A stretch of DNA of 64,000 nt, taken from contig NC_087436.1 of the NCBI RefSeq assembly GCF_036321535.1, forward strand, positions 38,814,001 to 38,878,000. The letters run 5' to 3'. Shown here one piece after another: positions 1-15,009 of the stretch. How positions within the stretch are numbered: the stretch's first letter is position 1; each line of letters opens with the position of its first letter. The stretch comes from Camelus dromedarius (lineage: Eukaryota). The notes beneath the pieces were generated by a model. The model was not told the DNA's origin. It ran no database searches and was given only the letters and a program-made list of their open reading frames with translations. Both the position numbers and the translations under genes were made by a program.

Positions 1-73
1 AGGACTGGGAATAGATAGTGTTCATCTAGTGATATTTATACAAGCAGTTCATGAATAGAAACCTTGCAATTCC

Positions 74-129
74 AAAAAAAAAAAAAAAAAAAAAAAAGAA
101 GAAGAAGGAGGAGAAGGAGAAGAAGAAAA
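74..129 (+). repeat. A24 tract followed by GA-rich low-complexity sequence
   Basis: A run at 74-97, then gaagaagaaggaggagaaggagaagaagaaaa. Confidence 0.9.
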
Positions 130-1244
130 TAGTTCAGTGCACAGCGTGGTTTTGCTCTGACCCTCTTAATTAAGACCGACCCATGGATCAGTGTGAGGTC
201 TGCAGAAACTGTCTTCTGTCCTCTGTACCTTTTCCTTTCTTCTTCTTCTCTTATCTCTTGTAGCATTTCTTGTCCCCTTACATGTTCCCCATCAAGACTC
301 AGAAACTGTTGACTATAGTGACTTGAAGTTGTTAGCTTGTTAAGTGACTGTATTTAAATCATGACTCATTATTTCAAGACTGTTATTTAACAATATGATA
401 CATGAAAGGCCTTTTCTTCTATTAAAAGACTTTTAGGAATTAGCAAAAGAGTGAATGTAACTTGGGAGCAGGTGGGGATTTTATTTGACTCAGAAGGTAC
501 TCCTTGGTTGCTGACTTGACTGCCTACTTGGGTGTAGGATGTGTAGTCAAGGTGGATAAACCGTGGTATCTCTACCCAGAGATTCTTCTGCTACCCTGGA
601 GTTTCTGGCTCACATAGTTACAACAGAATAGCCAACCTTTGTTTCCTTTTTAGCATTGCTGGTCGTGAACTGAAGTTTATATTGCATTTCCATGCCTCTG
701 TGTATGCATTTTCTGGCATATTTGATGTTGTTTTAGTTTGTATTGAATCCTTTTTGAATATGTCCTGTTATCTCTCTTAAGTGCTGGTATTGGGCTATGC
801 TGCCTATGGCAGTTTTGAAGACTTTTTCTTAGGAGGAGCATTAATATATATAGCTAATATATATTAGTTTGATTTTATGATGCCATAACATTTTTGTTGC
901 TTTTTATAAAGAACATGTTAGAAAGCTTCTAAACATGTAAATATTTGATTACTTTACTTTTCGGCTTGCATAAATAATGAATTGCTGTATTTATTAAAAA
1001 ATACATATATACATGTATATTTATGAATTTACATGTATCCACACTATAGGAGGAAAATCAGTATGATAATGTATATTAAATGTACAAAATGATGAATTAT
1101 TACATTTACCTTTGAATATTTGTATAGCAGTATATGCTTGTGTAGCTATATTTTATGTATTTGCATTTTGATTTTCGTTAAAATTCTGACAATTCCTCTA
1201 ATTTTTCTAAGTGACAGCTGCGCAAACCTAGTCACTTGGTATAA

Positions 1245-1263
1245 TAGTGACCTCTACTGGTGA
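1245..1263 (-). promoter_or_regulatory. Candidate CTCF-binding motif
   Basis: Minus strand TCACCAGTAGAGGTCACTA; one mismatch to CCASYAGRKGGCRSYR. Confidence 0.45.
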
Positions 1264-3550
1264 ATATTTTTTTAAGTGTGGTCTTAACTATATGTAAGTC
1301 TAAGCTATATATTTGATTTGTTTCTGATGAATATCATGTTCCCTCACTGTAGGTAAAATAGAAGATCTCTTCCTACTTTTAAAAATCATTCCAAGACAGT
1401 CTTAGTATAAAGATATTTTTCATAAAGGATAAATAGGTCAGTGTGGTTACCTTAAATGAAACTAATTTACATGGATCATTTTAACTGATTTATAAACCAA
1501 TTTTACAGCAATGAAAATTATTCAGCATTAATGCCTTACATCATCTAATAGTTAGCCTTTATTCTAATGATGCAATAAAAGACCTCTTAGTAATGTAAAT
1601 ATGTTTTTATTTTAATAAAAATTAGATATCAAGCTTAATTTTGTGAAAACGGTGAATTAAAATGGTGCTTAGTAACTTCAGCATTTTGAAAAACTACTAA
1701 CTGACATTGACACTTGACCAGCAGATTCTTCATTACATTTCTAAAATTATTTATTAATAGAATTTAGGCCTCTCCAGTTCTCATTAAATACTTTGTCAAT
1801 CCCAACAGTCTCCATGAGATGAAATGCTAGGCAATTTGATGATGTTAGCAGTAAGCAAATCATTTTCTGTAGGCAGTTATGTATCAGTTGAAAATCATGG
1901 CTATTTGGTGTTTTTCTAGCCAACCCACTAATTATCTATTATAAATTAATTTGTTGAAGACAGTTTTGAAATGTTAAGTATAAAACTAAACAAACATTAG
2001 GGTGAACATTACATATAATTATGAGAATCATATCATCAGTGGTATAAAGCACAGAAAGCTGTCAAGTTTTGGGTCGCCTGAGAATTTTAGAAGGGAAACT
2101 CATTTCCACATGGTGGGAGGTTTTAGGGTTTATATGCTTTGACTCAAAGAGCCACCCAATTAGAAGGAAGAAATGAGTTTGATGTCGTACAGTTTATTAA
2201 TTAGCTCTTAATTTTAAGAAAGATATTTTAGTGCTGTAACTCCATGTTAGTTAACTTCATGTTAATTTTTAATGCACATTTTATCATAAAAGGACAAATA
2301 CATAGAATTAATTCTTTAAGCTTACTTTCTTGGAATATATATACTTGCTAATACTTGTTAACTATAATTATATTGGAAAATGTAGTTAAATACAGTAACA
2401 CCTATTTTTAAAAATAGCCAAAAGGTTTTTAGCACTTTAAAAAATGGTGGATATGGTGTATAAGAGTGTAGACCCTGAAATCAGTAGATGTTCAATCTGA
2501 AGTCATCTATTCCTGTATTACTATTGTCATTTCCCTTTCATTCTTTTTCACTTACATGTAATATTGGACATACAGTCAGTACCTAATTTGACTGAATTAC
2601 ACTTAACCAAGAGTGTACAGCAAAGAAAGGAAAGACTGAAATATCCTGGCCAGGAATGAGGCTGAAGACTTCAGGAATCTTTGTGGAGTCGCTAGTGCTA
2701 AAGAACACCATTTGAATCCACTGTCCTAGAATCGGTTTGGGCAGAAGGACAGAAACTTTGAGAGCTCAGAACAAATGGACATTTCTCCTAAGGCACATGT
2801 TTTATTTTGAAATGGCTCACACCATTAGGCTTTCCTATTTCTTCAGTTAGTGGTATTACACAGTTCACATAGGCACATCTTTCCGGCAGGAGTAAATTTC
2901 CATAACCTGACCCTGTTTGCCAGATTCACCCCTATCACCAGGGAACATGTGACATTTCCTTATGAAAAGAGATGTTCTGTTTTCCCAACTCCAGCACTGG
3001 CACTGTACTTATGAACCCTCTGACATCAGGGTAATCTTTTATGTTCAACTCCTTAAGCGAGAAACTGGAAAAAAACTGGGAAAATATTGAAAGTTCAAGT
3101 AATTTTTTATTTTAAAAAGTGTCATAAAAGATTTCGAAGCAGAAAAAAGAAGAGAGAGGAGGTTAATAAAATTCTTCTAGGCCTGCTTGGTTTTCTTCTT
3201 GGTCTGAAATGTGTCAAAGATTGTTTTATTGAGATGGATAGATTAACTAAATAACTAAGGAAGTAAACTAGGCACTAAACATTAGTCATTCTATAATCTG
3301 ATGAGAAAATAAGATGTAGGGGAAAAATTCATATGATTTTACATTAAGTGGCACAAATTACAACATGCCCGTTAACAGTGGTAATGATTCCTTAGGACAT
3401 TTTAAAACTCGTTTCAGGTAACTGGAAAAATTATGGGTCTTTATTTTCTCCAAAACATTTCAATTATAGTAACTACCAAAATTGTAAATCATCAAGTATG
3501 TTTTAAGCGGCATTTTCCAATGAAGATATACACTTTACTCTATAATTTAA

Positions 3551-3919
<369 letters not shown>

Positions 3920-4689
3920 TGAGAGGTGGTCAGCTGTAGTTGAGTATTTTTCTCTGTACTTTTATCAGTTTTTTTTTTTAACATGTGTGAATGAATTATC
4001 ATAAGCTAATTTTGAGGTACCTTAACTATTACCCACTTAATGTCAATGACAAACTTTAGATAGTATTGCTAGAGTTCTTGAATTTATTCTCAAAAATTAA
4101 GTTCCATTTGGCTTAATGTACGTAATCGGTGATGCACCACAGTGAACAGCTCTGTGGAAAAATGAGTATCTGTTTTCCTCATCAAGAAAGCTACACAAAT
4201 CAGTTTCTCAGACATTGGAAACTTTGAATTCTAGTATTTTCTCGCATCTTACTTAAAAGTATTGCACTTTGAGGTAGCTGCTTTGATTTTGTTGTTTGCA
4301 TATCTAGGAAATGTTTTTAGAACTTTTAGCAATACGGGCACTAGAAACAGTGGTAGGACTAAAGGATAAATTTGTAACTCGTAGTATCCTATGCGGAGTA
4401 ATGCTTTTGGCTCCTGCCACTCTTGTTATTTGAGACATCTACTGCACGGGGATAGTAGAAACTGAATAAACACTTTGCTTAGTATTACTATAAGCTACTT
4501 GGAATGTTTAAAATGGAAAAAATTCATATAGGATATTTATTATTTTTAATAGTATAAAGACTGATTGCTTTATATTACATTTATATGAACTTCATTATAA
4601 TTTATACATTTTCTGCACTCTGATATTATCTCTAGCTACTAAAAGATGAATATATCAGTGGCTTCAGATGTCCAGTGTAGTTTATATAG

Positions 4690-4881
<192 letters not shown>

Positions 4882-7180
4882 TAAAGAAAAACATGTATTC
4901 TTAGAAACTTCTTTCTTTCAAGAGTAAATTTAAAGAATAAAATGTGTGAAAAAAGATAAAAATTGGAATGATGAAAGAATTTTGAAATAATTTTATATTG
5001 CTAAATGTCAACAAACATTTGTTAAATATTGACAATAATGTATTTTGTAATTATAATCCTATTTCAACAGAAGTTTTAAGAATGGCATGTTGAAAATTAT
5101 TAGACAGATATCAAGTTGATAATGTGTATTCTTTTAGAGTCTCTCACTTCTTGGTTTCTGATTTTTCTTTTTTGAATATGTGGTTTATTTAGATTGTAGG
5201 TTGTATTCGTTCACTCATCAGAAATATTTATTGAACACTCCACTGCTTTAGACATAAATGCTTGGGATAAATCAGTGAACAAGCAAAAATTCCTGTCTCA
5301 GGGAAGGTTAGTAAAAAAAAATGTCTGCTTCAGGAATAGGGGAAGACGTCATTCTCAGAAAAATGGGATGATGTTTCCTATTGCTGATATACTTGTTTCA
5401 TGGCATTGCAAGTTATATTAAGATTAGAACAGGAAATGTGGGGTTTTATATGCCAATCATGTGAAAATGGACTGAACTGTTAAATCCCCCAGGAACTTGG
5501 AATAAAGCAAGTATGAGTGCCTTTTAAAGGCTCGACTTTTAAGTAAAAACCCTAAGAGAGCAAGGCTTAGATAAAAAATTTACCTTAAAAATTCTGAATA
5601 GTTTCCAAGTTGCAAGACTTGAGTGTAATTTTATTAAAGGAGAGTGTCAGTCAGAAAGGTGGAGGAGGGAGAGATAACAGTCATGAAAATAGGGGAAAAA
5701 AAGGCAAATATTAAAAGAACCTCTCCAGCTCTGTCCAGGAGTCAGGGACCCTTTGCCCCTCGTATGGGGATGGAGGTAGAGGGTTGAATCTGTGCATAGA
5801 GTATTCTGGCCACTTGTCGGGACTAGCAGTTGGGTGGCAATGGACGCAGCAAGTTGTAGCCAGTTACTCCTCAGTGATTCCAGTCCCTTTGGTGGTGTGC
5901 CTCCCTACCGCAAGGCAGATCCATGGGTTTATGCCATTATACAGCCCACCAATCTGACTGTCCTTGTTCTGATTATTTTCTTTCTGAGATATGTTAACTC
6001 ATAGGAAGAGAATGCATTTTTTCATATGCTCTCAAATGTATTGCTCGCTTTGCCACTTATTTCTTATCATAAATCATTGAACCTGCCATAAGTCAGGCAA
6101 TAGGCTGGAGCTGCAGGTTCACATACCTGGGGCAGAATCTTTCTCTTGTTGGACATTGATACTATTCTGCTTTTAACCATTGTCTTGTGAACTTAGGTAC
6201 TGTTCTCAACCCCAGAGAGTGGGATCTGTTCTCAGCATGGTAATCTAGTTTCTAAGCCTACAGGGCTGGGCTAACTGACCCAGGTGAATTGCCTCGTAAA
6301 ACCTCATGGAAGCCAGCCTGTCGACTCTGAAGGCTGTTCATCACCTGCACTGTTCTCAATTCTTAGAGGAAACAGGAGAGCCTAGTGAATTCATATGTCA
6401 GCTCTCTTTGCAAGATTATCACCGATCAGACCTCTAACATAAACGACAAAAGAAAAGTGATGAGGGTGCCCTACACTATGATACCAAGTAAAAATATAGG
6501 TTATTAAATTTTATATCATAGGGTGTTAGGTGAAAACTACATGATAAATGTTATGCTTTTTAAAAAATGCTTTTTGATATAAAGTTTGCCACAAGCTGCC
6601 TTCAACTTTTGAAAATGTGACATGAATTCCAGAAGTGATGCATTGTTTACTATTAACTTCTGATAAGAAGGAGGACAGAGTGGCAACTTGTCACATCGAG
6701 TCACATCTTTGCTTTTTCTGAGCAGCATCTCTTTGGAATAATAATGGGAAATGGGGAGTGGCTGGAGGAGGTTATACATCAGGCTTTTTCCATCACCTTA
6801 CACATTTGATAAATAAAAGTTAGTGTGGGGAAGTGCAAAGATCCCTGCTCTGGAATAGGACTCACGACATCCTGCTGGCTCCGCTCTTCCTTTAAGCATT
6901 TAAAACATTATGGGCACGTTACTCACCTCTGCGGAGCTGGACTAGATCACCTGTCAGATCTGCATGACAAAAATTCAGATCTGTATGACAAAAATTCACA
7001 TTCTATGATCCTATCACTGTTTTAGGCAAGTGAGCAGACAAAAGAAAAAACTGAAACAGTTGAAATAATCAGACTTCTCTTGGCATACATTTTATGTCAC
7101 CCTGCTTGATAACAGAGCCAAAAGTAAGCAAACGTTTTTGGAAAGGAAAAATTCCCTGTCAATAAAAAGAAAGGAAGAAA

Positions 7181-7232
7181 GGAAGGAAGGAAGGAAGGAA
7201 GGAAGGAAGGAAGGAAGGAAGGAAGGAAGGAA
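7181..7232 (+). repeat. (GGAA)13 microsatellite
   Basis: 13 perfect GGAA units in a purine-only tract (~7164-7248). Confidence 0.95.
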
Positions 7233-8549
7233 GGGAGAAAGAAAAAGATTTCCCTAGTGGGGTTTCTGGTGGGGGCTCAAGTTAATTCCAAGAGGAAAAT
7301 TTTTCAGTATTCTCTGCCGTCTCATAAGTGTGACAAAACTGAGAATTTGAATTCTTGACTGTACTTTGTACTCACAGATGTAGCATGGAAAATATCATGG
7401 CTGTAGATAATTCTTCTTGGTGTCACAGACCAGATTCTGCTATTATGTAATTCTAATACAGAATCCCCACAGAGTTACATGCAGAAAGACAGACGAGCCC
7501 ATGTGGTTTTTGTAATCTTCTTTCCCCTTCCTTTTTTCCCATTACTGACAATTAGATGAAATTATAGACATTAGACCAGGACGGGGCCTGTTGTATCATC
7601 AAATGTATTCCCCTGAGGTATCGTTTCATATTACATGTTTCCTTAGTGCTCTGTCTGATAGAGTGTTTCCACCACTTTGTTTCCAACACTATTAAGAAAA
7701 TATTTTCCTCATTCAACATTCATTTATTTTAACCAATTATTTCCCCTATTTATTAGGCTAAATTTGCCTTTTTCTCCTATCATATTTACCAGAAATTCTT
7801 AATGTCTATTTTCCATACCAATTTCAGGGTGTATTCTGAAGAAATTAGTTCCATTCCCATGTCAAAAAAAGTTGTTGAGAACATGTCCACTTTTGTTATG
7901 ACTTACATTTCCATCTCTGTTTTTAGTGAAAAAGTAATAAAAATTATAGTACTATACCACTCATTGTTTGACAGTGAAGTCTGAGAGAGACGTATGTACT
8001 TTTTACTGAAGGTATTTTCCAAACTGATTACTGTCTTAATCCTCTGCTCATTTATGTGTTGCAGTATGATTCCAAAGCAAAAGTAAATATTCTAAAATCA
8101 TGTAAGTTTAAATTTGACTTCTACTTAGTTTCATTTTTCATATTAAATTTTATCATCTGTCAGTATCACTAATTGTTCATTTGTTTATAAAATATTTGCT
8201 AGGATTTTCGTAATGCAAGTATAATTAAACTGTGCAGTGTCATCCATGGTACATACTGCTTAAAGTATCTGTTTTTTTTCCTCCTAGTTAGAGAATTATA
8301 AATTATGCTTAGTAATAAGAAGTGCAAGGAAATATGACTGTAGGGGCAGTAATAATTAGAAGAAAATGAGGGGGAAAAAAAGCAGGAAATTATAGCTTGA
8401 AAATTATAAAAGTAAAATCTACAAAATAAAAATAAATATAAGGAATATAGTTTCAAGAATTGATTGAAGAAATAGAAAAAAAAAAAGAGAAATTTCATAG
8501 TAGCCTTGAAAAACAGAGAAGCTTACCTTTATTGGACAAGAAACACTGA

Positions 8550-11040
8550 GGAATGTCTGGAAGATATGAAGTATATACTATTTGAAGAACCCATTTTACA
8601 CAAAATGGGCAAAATTTAGTGATAACAGTGTTATCTCTATTCAAAGTAAAAACATATAATATACAGAATCACTTTGCATTGACTAAGTTAAATCCACAGA
8701 GGAAAATATAATTGTCATAAATGCTTCTAACAAACTAAATAACATCATTGACGTATGAAAGTCAAAGCTATTAAAAACACAAGGAGAAATGGACAAAATG
8801 GTAGTCATAGTGTGAGCCTTTGCTACACTTTTCATAGAATGTTGAAGTATAGGAAAAAATAAGGAAACATTAGACTTGATTAATATAAAAATGAAACGGA
8901 TTTAATCAGCATGTATAGGTTTACTTTTATATTTCATAATTTAAAAATACAAATTCCTATCAAATATCCATCAGAAATTTATAAATATTGGTGATATACA
9001 CACATACAACAAACTCAGTCATTACTAAAAATTAGAATTGATAGCTACTCCCCTGGATCACATTGCAGTAAAACTAGAAATGTGTAATAAAAGGATAAAT
9101 TGGAAGGAAAAAGTTCCCTTAGAAACTGAAAAATATTCTCCCAAGTGACAAAGAAAAAAATCAAAAGTCAAAATGAAAGTATAACATTTTGGAAAATCAA
9201 TGGTTGTATCAATTTAACATAAAAACTCAAGGTACACAGTCGAAGCTATACTCAGAGGAGATATATAGCTTTAACTATTTTGTTACTGTTAATCAGGAAA
9301 TAATGAAATTATTTGAATTATATGTTCAACTGAAGAAATTAGAATGATAACGCCTTTTTCTTTCTCACCCTCTATGCTGCCCCCAAAAGTAAACAAATAG
9401 GAAGAAGGAAAGCAGAGGAAAGAAATTGAAAAGATAAATTTATGAAATGAGAAAGGATAGTAAAACAAGAGGTAATGGGCAAACACAATAATAAAAAACA
9501 AATCTCCAACACAGATAATGAGGAAAATAAGAGAAACACATTTAGGAATTAGAAGGGAATTGTGGTTTCAGATACAGAAGGAATTTTTAGAAAGATTTTA
9601 GACAAGGCAGTGTACCAATACATTTTGATGAAATGGAGAGATTCTATAAAAAATTAGTAATAACCAATACTAACTCAAGCAGAGTTTAATATTTTTCTAT
9701 TGCCTGAGGTAAATTCTTACCAAAGCAATCAGGTGACAGGAAAGGATGAAATAAGGTGAGGCATGGAAAAGGAAGAGGCAAAATAACTTCCAAAATGATA
9801 TGATTGTTAAATGGAGGAACCCAAGAGAATCAGCTAAAAGTGCCTATCTAAAAAGAGAGTTGAAGAAGTACCTGGCTATCAAATTATTATTTCTTTTTTT
9901 ACTGAAGTATAGTCAGTTACAATGTGTCAGTTTCTGGTATATACCACAATGTCTGGCTATCAAATTATTAAAGAAAAATAACTTTCTTACATGCCAAGAT
10001 AAATAATAATGGAAAACAATCCCATTGACAATAGTAACAAGAAAGAAACTTTGCCAGATATAGGAACATCTAGATGAGGAAAACTATAAAAGTCTACTGA
10101 GTAACTTGAAAATTTTTCATAAGTGAACTGGCAGAACATTTCCTGACAATAAGAATCTGTTTTGTAAGCTGGTAATTTTTGCAGTTTAGATTTACATCAA
10201 TTCTAATACATATCTTTGTAAGATTTTTTTTCAGGAGAGGGGGGAGTTCTTGAACAACATATATAAAATTTATCTGAAAGAATAACATAAAAAGAATCAT
10301 TTATAAAACTCATCTCAAAGAATAACATAGTCAGAGTTGATGGATAGAGATTTGCCTTACCAGAAATTAACATAATGCTGTTAAAGTAGCATAATTAAAA
10401 TTACTATATGTGTGCTAAAAGAGATGGCAAGATTGATGGAACACAATAGAAAGTCTAAATGCAGACCCAAGTCTGGTGTATATAATGTTTGTGTTATCAT
10501 GTATGATATAGTATACTTCATTGTTCCTAAATGCCATTGATTGAAAGACACCATTTTATGTACCTCTAAGAAAGAAAAAAATGATTTCAATTGACAAGAA
10601 TTTGATTAGTATACATACAATACCATAAAATTAAAATGTGGGAAAAGTACATAGTTGAAATAAGTATGAATTTATTATTTAAGGTGGCAATTCAAATGAT
10701 TAGAGAATGGATAACTATTTAAGTTTTATAAGAATCCAGTAGCAATTCAGGGGAAAAATTTAAGTAGAATTAGAAGATTAAGTGTGATAGATGAAACTAT
10801 AAAAGTACTAGAGGAAAATATAGGTTTATATGTAATCTTAAAATGGGGAAAAATTGGGGAAGCTTCTTTTAAAAGCGAGACACTATAGTTGAAAACTTAA
10901 AAGATGACTCAGTTATTTGAGAAATTATTTTACACAGCAGAAAAACCTCTCTAAATAAAGATAATTGACAAGTGACAAGTACAAATAGATATTTGCAAGA
11001 TAGGTGATAAGGTGTAAGGGCAGGCCTTAACATATTAACA
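8550..11040 (+). mobile_element. Ancient degenerate LINE-1 (L1M-type) ORF2 remnant
   Basis: A-rich; colinear L1 ORF2-like motifs such as 'gatcacattgcagtaaaactagaaat', 'aagctatactcagaggagatatatagc', 'gatatgattgtt..aacccaagagaatc' and 'gtactagaggaaaatatagg'; no intact ORF. Confidence 0.75.
9890..9952 (-). mobile_element. 63-bp 5'-truncated L1 3' end with 18-bp TSD, nested in the old L1M
   Basis: T tract plus 'actgaagtatagtcagttacaatgtgtcagtttctggt' flanked by the perfect direct repeat CTGGCTATCAAATTATTA (9872-9889, 9953-9970). Confidence 0.8.
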
Positions 11041-13179
11041 AGACAGGATGCTAATTATGGATGCTGTGTGGTAGAGAGGACATGGGTCTACAGGCAGGAT
11101 AGAAGAGTTCACCCCCTGTTCTGCCAAGAAACCAGGAGGAAAACTGTGGTTGGTAGCAACATCTGATCCCTGGAATTATAGAAAAGGAAGCATAATTGTG
11201 TGATTTTTAGAAACAGTCTCTTCCCTTCAGCATAATTTCCAGAGATGCTTTCAGTGCCAACTAGCTCTCAGAGCTGCTGTGATGACCACATGAAGTAATG
11301 TCTGTACAAGTATTTCTGAACTCTATTAATTTTAAGTAACACTGATATTTTGCTACCTAACTGTACTACTTCCTGGTTTTCTCCTAATATGTTTTTGAAT
11401 ATTTTTTCTTATGATTGTATATATTGATTGGTTTTCACTGAGTGGTTTTGTTTTATTTTTGGTTCTGGAATAACTACATTCTTTTATGTATGTGGTTCTG
11501 ATTTTATATGACTTACAGTAGATGTGGCATCTCAAATGATGAGTTTTAAATTTCATTATCATACCTTTTATCCACTCATCCAGATCTTTAATGAATAAAT
11601 TGTGAAAACTATCTGTAAATGAGCTCAAGATTTACATTTTCTGAAACAAAGAGCCCTGTTTGTTATAAACATTTTTCTTCTTCATAGCTTTTCTTCCCCC
11701 CAACCTGAGTATTTTTGTTTGATACAATTAAATTTTGTGAAAGGTGTGAAGAGATCAGCAGGATTGTTATGAATGCTGTGTAAATATGACTGCTTTCAAA
11801 GAAGAATTACATGCCTAAAGGGTTAGATAATTTGTCTTCCCCCCTTTTCTTGCTTCTGTGTCTGCATATCTGTATCCATAGGGGTTGGATTGTGACATAG
11901 ACAATTCTGAGCTGTGGTTGTTACAGCCTACTCTTCCTATTTATACACTTACCATTCCATTTCATTACCTTTAGATTTATAAGGTATTCATTAATACCGC
12001 TTAATGTATTCATTCAGTGACTTTTGACTGAGACAGATGTGATCCGCTGTCCAGGAGAGAGTTACTTAGCTCGATCCTAAGCCTGGCAGGCTGCCTAATG
12101 GCCACGTCCCAGCCCTCCTGGTCATCTTTTCCTTCCCATACATGCAGTCAATCTTATGAAGTGGTGAAAAGAAAAATCTTATTTATGAAAAGTGGCTACC
12201 AAGTAGGAGAAAACTTTAGTAAAAATTGAAAAGCAATTACATTGTGAAGGATAAGGGCATGGAACATGTGACTGACAAAAAAAAAATGTGAGTTGAGAGA
12301 TAGCCAGGCTATATAAACAGCTCCATGTTTATAATTTGAGGATTTACAAAGGATGGAGGACATAACCCTTGCATTTTTACCATACATGGAACATGGTCTT
12401 TAAAGATACTGAATGCCATTTGCCATTTAGTCATGGTTTTTACTTGCAGTGTCCAAATTCATTATGTTTTGCTTAAAGTTTTTCTTAATAATGGAATAAG
12501 TGTTAGAGACGTAATCTCTGTCGTACAAATACAGATAGATAAGGGTGACTTTACTGTCTAAAGTAGGAGAACTCCCACAAACAAAAAAAGAGCAGAATGA
12601 GAATACAGATACTTTATAGTGTTAAAAATACAGTGTACATCAGTGGTAACAAAGGGACTTCATTTGCAACCAGGCATCATCATGGACTCTGAAATCCTTC
12701 TGTGCTCCAGGAAAAATAAGAGATAACAGGCTATGGTCTTCATGGGAAAGTAGTTTGGGTCAGAGCCACAGTCCTGCGTTCTTTCATTAAGTCAGTAAAC
12801 ATTTTTTGAGTCCTGTTGTATGCCGGGCATTGCTAGCTAAGGAAGTGGAACTGAAAAAATTAAATCTCTAAGCCCAAGATAAGTGCAGTCTAGAGAGACA
12901 GAAATAAAATACACCATGATACTCCAAGCAATAAAGTTAAGGGGATAGAAAGGAGACGTGCCTGCCTCACCCTGGAAGTGGGGGCCTCTGGGATCTCCTT
13001 GTGAAGGGAATGTAGGAATCTACTAGATAACAGGAGAGTGCAGTAGGGAGCAGTGCAAGCCAGTGCAAAAGCATAGGCAAAGGTGTGGGCGAGAAAGATG
13101 CAGTCAGGGAACTGCCAGCAATGAACTGAGTGGGGTAAGGAGCTCAGCCCAGCAGTGTGGCAATGAACTGGCCTATGGG

Positions 13180-13390
13180 GCTAGGCTGAGCTGGGGTTCG
13201 AATTTTAGACCTAAGCATACTAGCTAAGTGGCCTGGAGCACATGACTTATCCTTTCTGAGACTCAGTTTCTTCATCTATAAAATGGGCATGTCACACAGT
13301 GTAAATTGTGCAGACTAGAGTTCATATGTGTCCTAAAGCTCTAAGCACAACACCTACCCCACAGTGGGCACATGGTGGAAGTCTCTATTA
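13180..13390 (+). mobile_element. MIR SINE
   Basis: Core 'tctgagactcagtttcttcatctataaaatggg', preceded by 'gggttcgaat'. Confidence 0.75.
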
Positions 13391-13519
13391 CAGATGTAGA
13401 AGAAATAGGACTTTACTAGCACTGTTTTACCCAGAGGTAGGAGGTCACCAGACTCCTCTCAGAAACCAGTAAGCTCAAAATCCCATAGAGCAAGTAGTTC
13501 AATAAAAATTTGATGTAAT

Positions 13520-13748
13520 GGATAAATTAGGAGTTTGGGATTAACAGATATACAGTACTGTATATAAACTACATGAACAACAAGGTCCTACTGTATAGCA
13601 CAGGGAACTACATTCAGTATCTTGTAATAACCTTTGATGAAAAATAATCTAAAAAAGAATATCTGTGTATAACTGAATCACTTCACTGTACACTTGAAAC
13701 TAACTCAACATTGTAAATCAACTATATGTCAATAAAAATTTTTTAAAA
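13520..13748 (+). mobile_element. 5'-truncated cetartiodactyl-type L1 3' UTR with TSD
   Basis: 'caacaaggtcctactgtatagcacagggaacta..cttgtaataacc..aactgaatcact..ttgtaaatcaactata..aataaaa'; TSD AAA(A/G)ATTTGATGTAAT at 13504-13519 and 13749-13764. Confidence 0.85.
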
Positions 13749-14368
13749 AAAGATTTGATGTAATCTTACACTTATATTGGCTATATATGTTTGACTTTCT
13801 AAGAGAGGCCAGGACTTTGGAGGTTATATTATGATTTTCTTCAAAGGTTAGTTCTGCTTTTCTCTCTAAGTAAATAGTTACTTCTATGGGCATTTATTTG
13901 CAGTATCAGAAATGATCTGCAAATATCATTCTCCTGGATGCAGAGGTGCATATTTGAAATTTGAGATGGTCTGTATGAATTGCCTGTTTCTATTTGTATG
14001 TAATTGTATTTTTTAACTTCTGGTTTCTCAGTAAGGGAAGACAGTCTGTGTGACCCAAAATTCTGATGTGCATCAAAATTGTTCTCTTGGCAAGTGTACA
14101 AAAATCCAATTAGTCTTCAAAGGACAAATTGTCTTTGGGGACTCAACTGATGTAGAATTTGAGACCAAGTCTGGAAGAAAATAGCGCTCTAGGATTTTTT
14201 GAACACAGGCAACATACATTTAAGACTCTGTGAAACAAGTTCTTATGTAAATGCATTCAGTTAACTTTTCTAGCTTATGTTTGTGAAGATTCGTTTGCAT
14301 GTTTGGCGATGGTAAGCAGTCCCAAGAAAGAAGTGTATAACAGTCTTCGGGAAGGGAGGTGTTTGTGA

Positions 14369-14611
<243 letters not shown>

Positions 14612-15009
14612 TGACACTTACAGGAATTCTCCGTCTCTGTGGCCCCTCAGCTTGCACCTCTTTCTCGTAATGACACTTGGTGTCTGTCTGTTATATCTTT
14701 GTATCCTCATGAGAATCATGATTTAGATGATCAGATCCTTATTTCCTCTTTTAAACAGCTGATGAAACTGAGACCCCAGAATATTTTAGAAACTTGTCAA
14801 AGGTCATATCACCAAACCAGAACTCAAGCCATTTGTCCCTTCAGTCCTCTGCTTGTTTTTGGTAGAAAGCAATCCTTGACCGTAATAATCCCTTCACACA
14901 GATGTCTGCTGCCACCATCTGTCCCTTCCCCATTGCCTGAGCCTCCCCGTCTCTCCTCATGAGCAGTTGTGTTCACACACTATAAAAAACAAACACAGAA
15001 ATCCTACAC

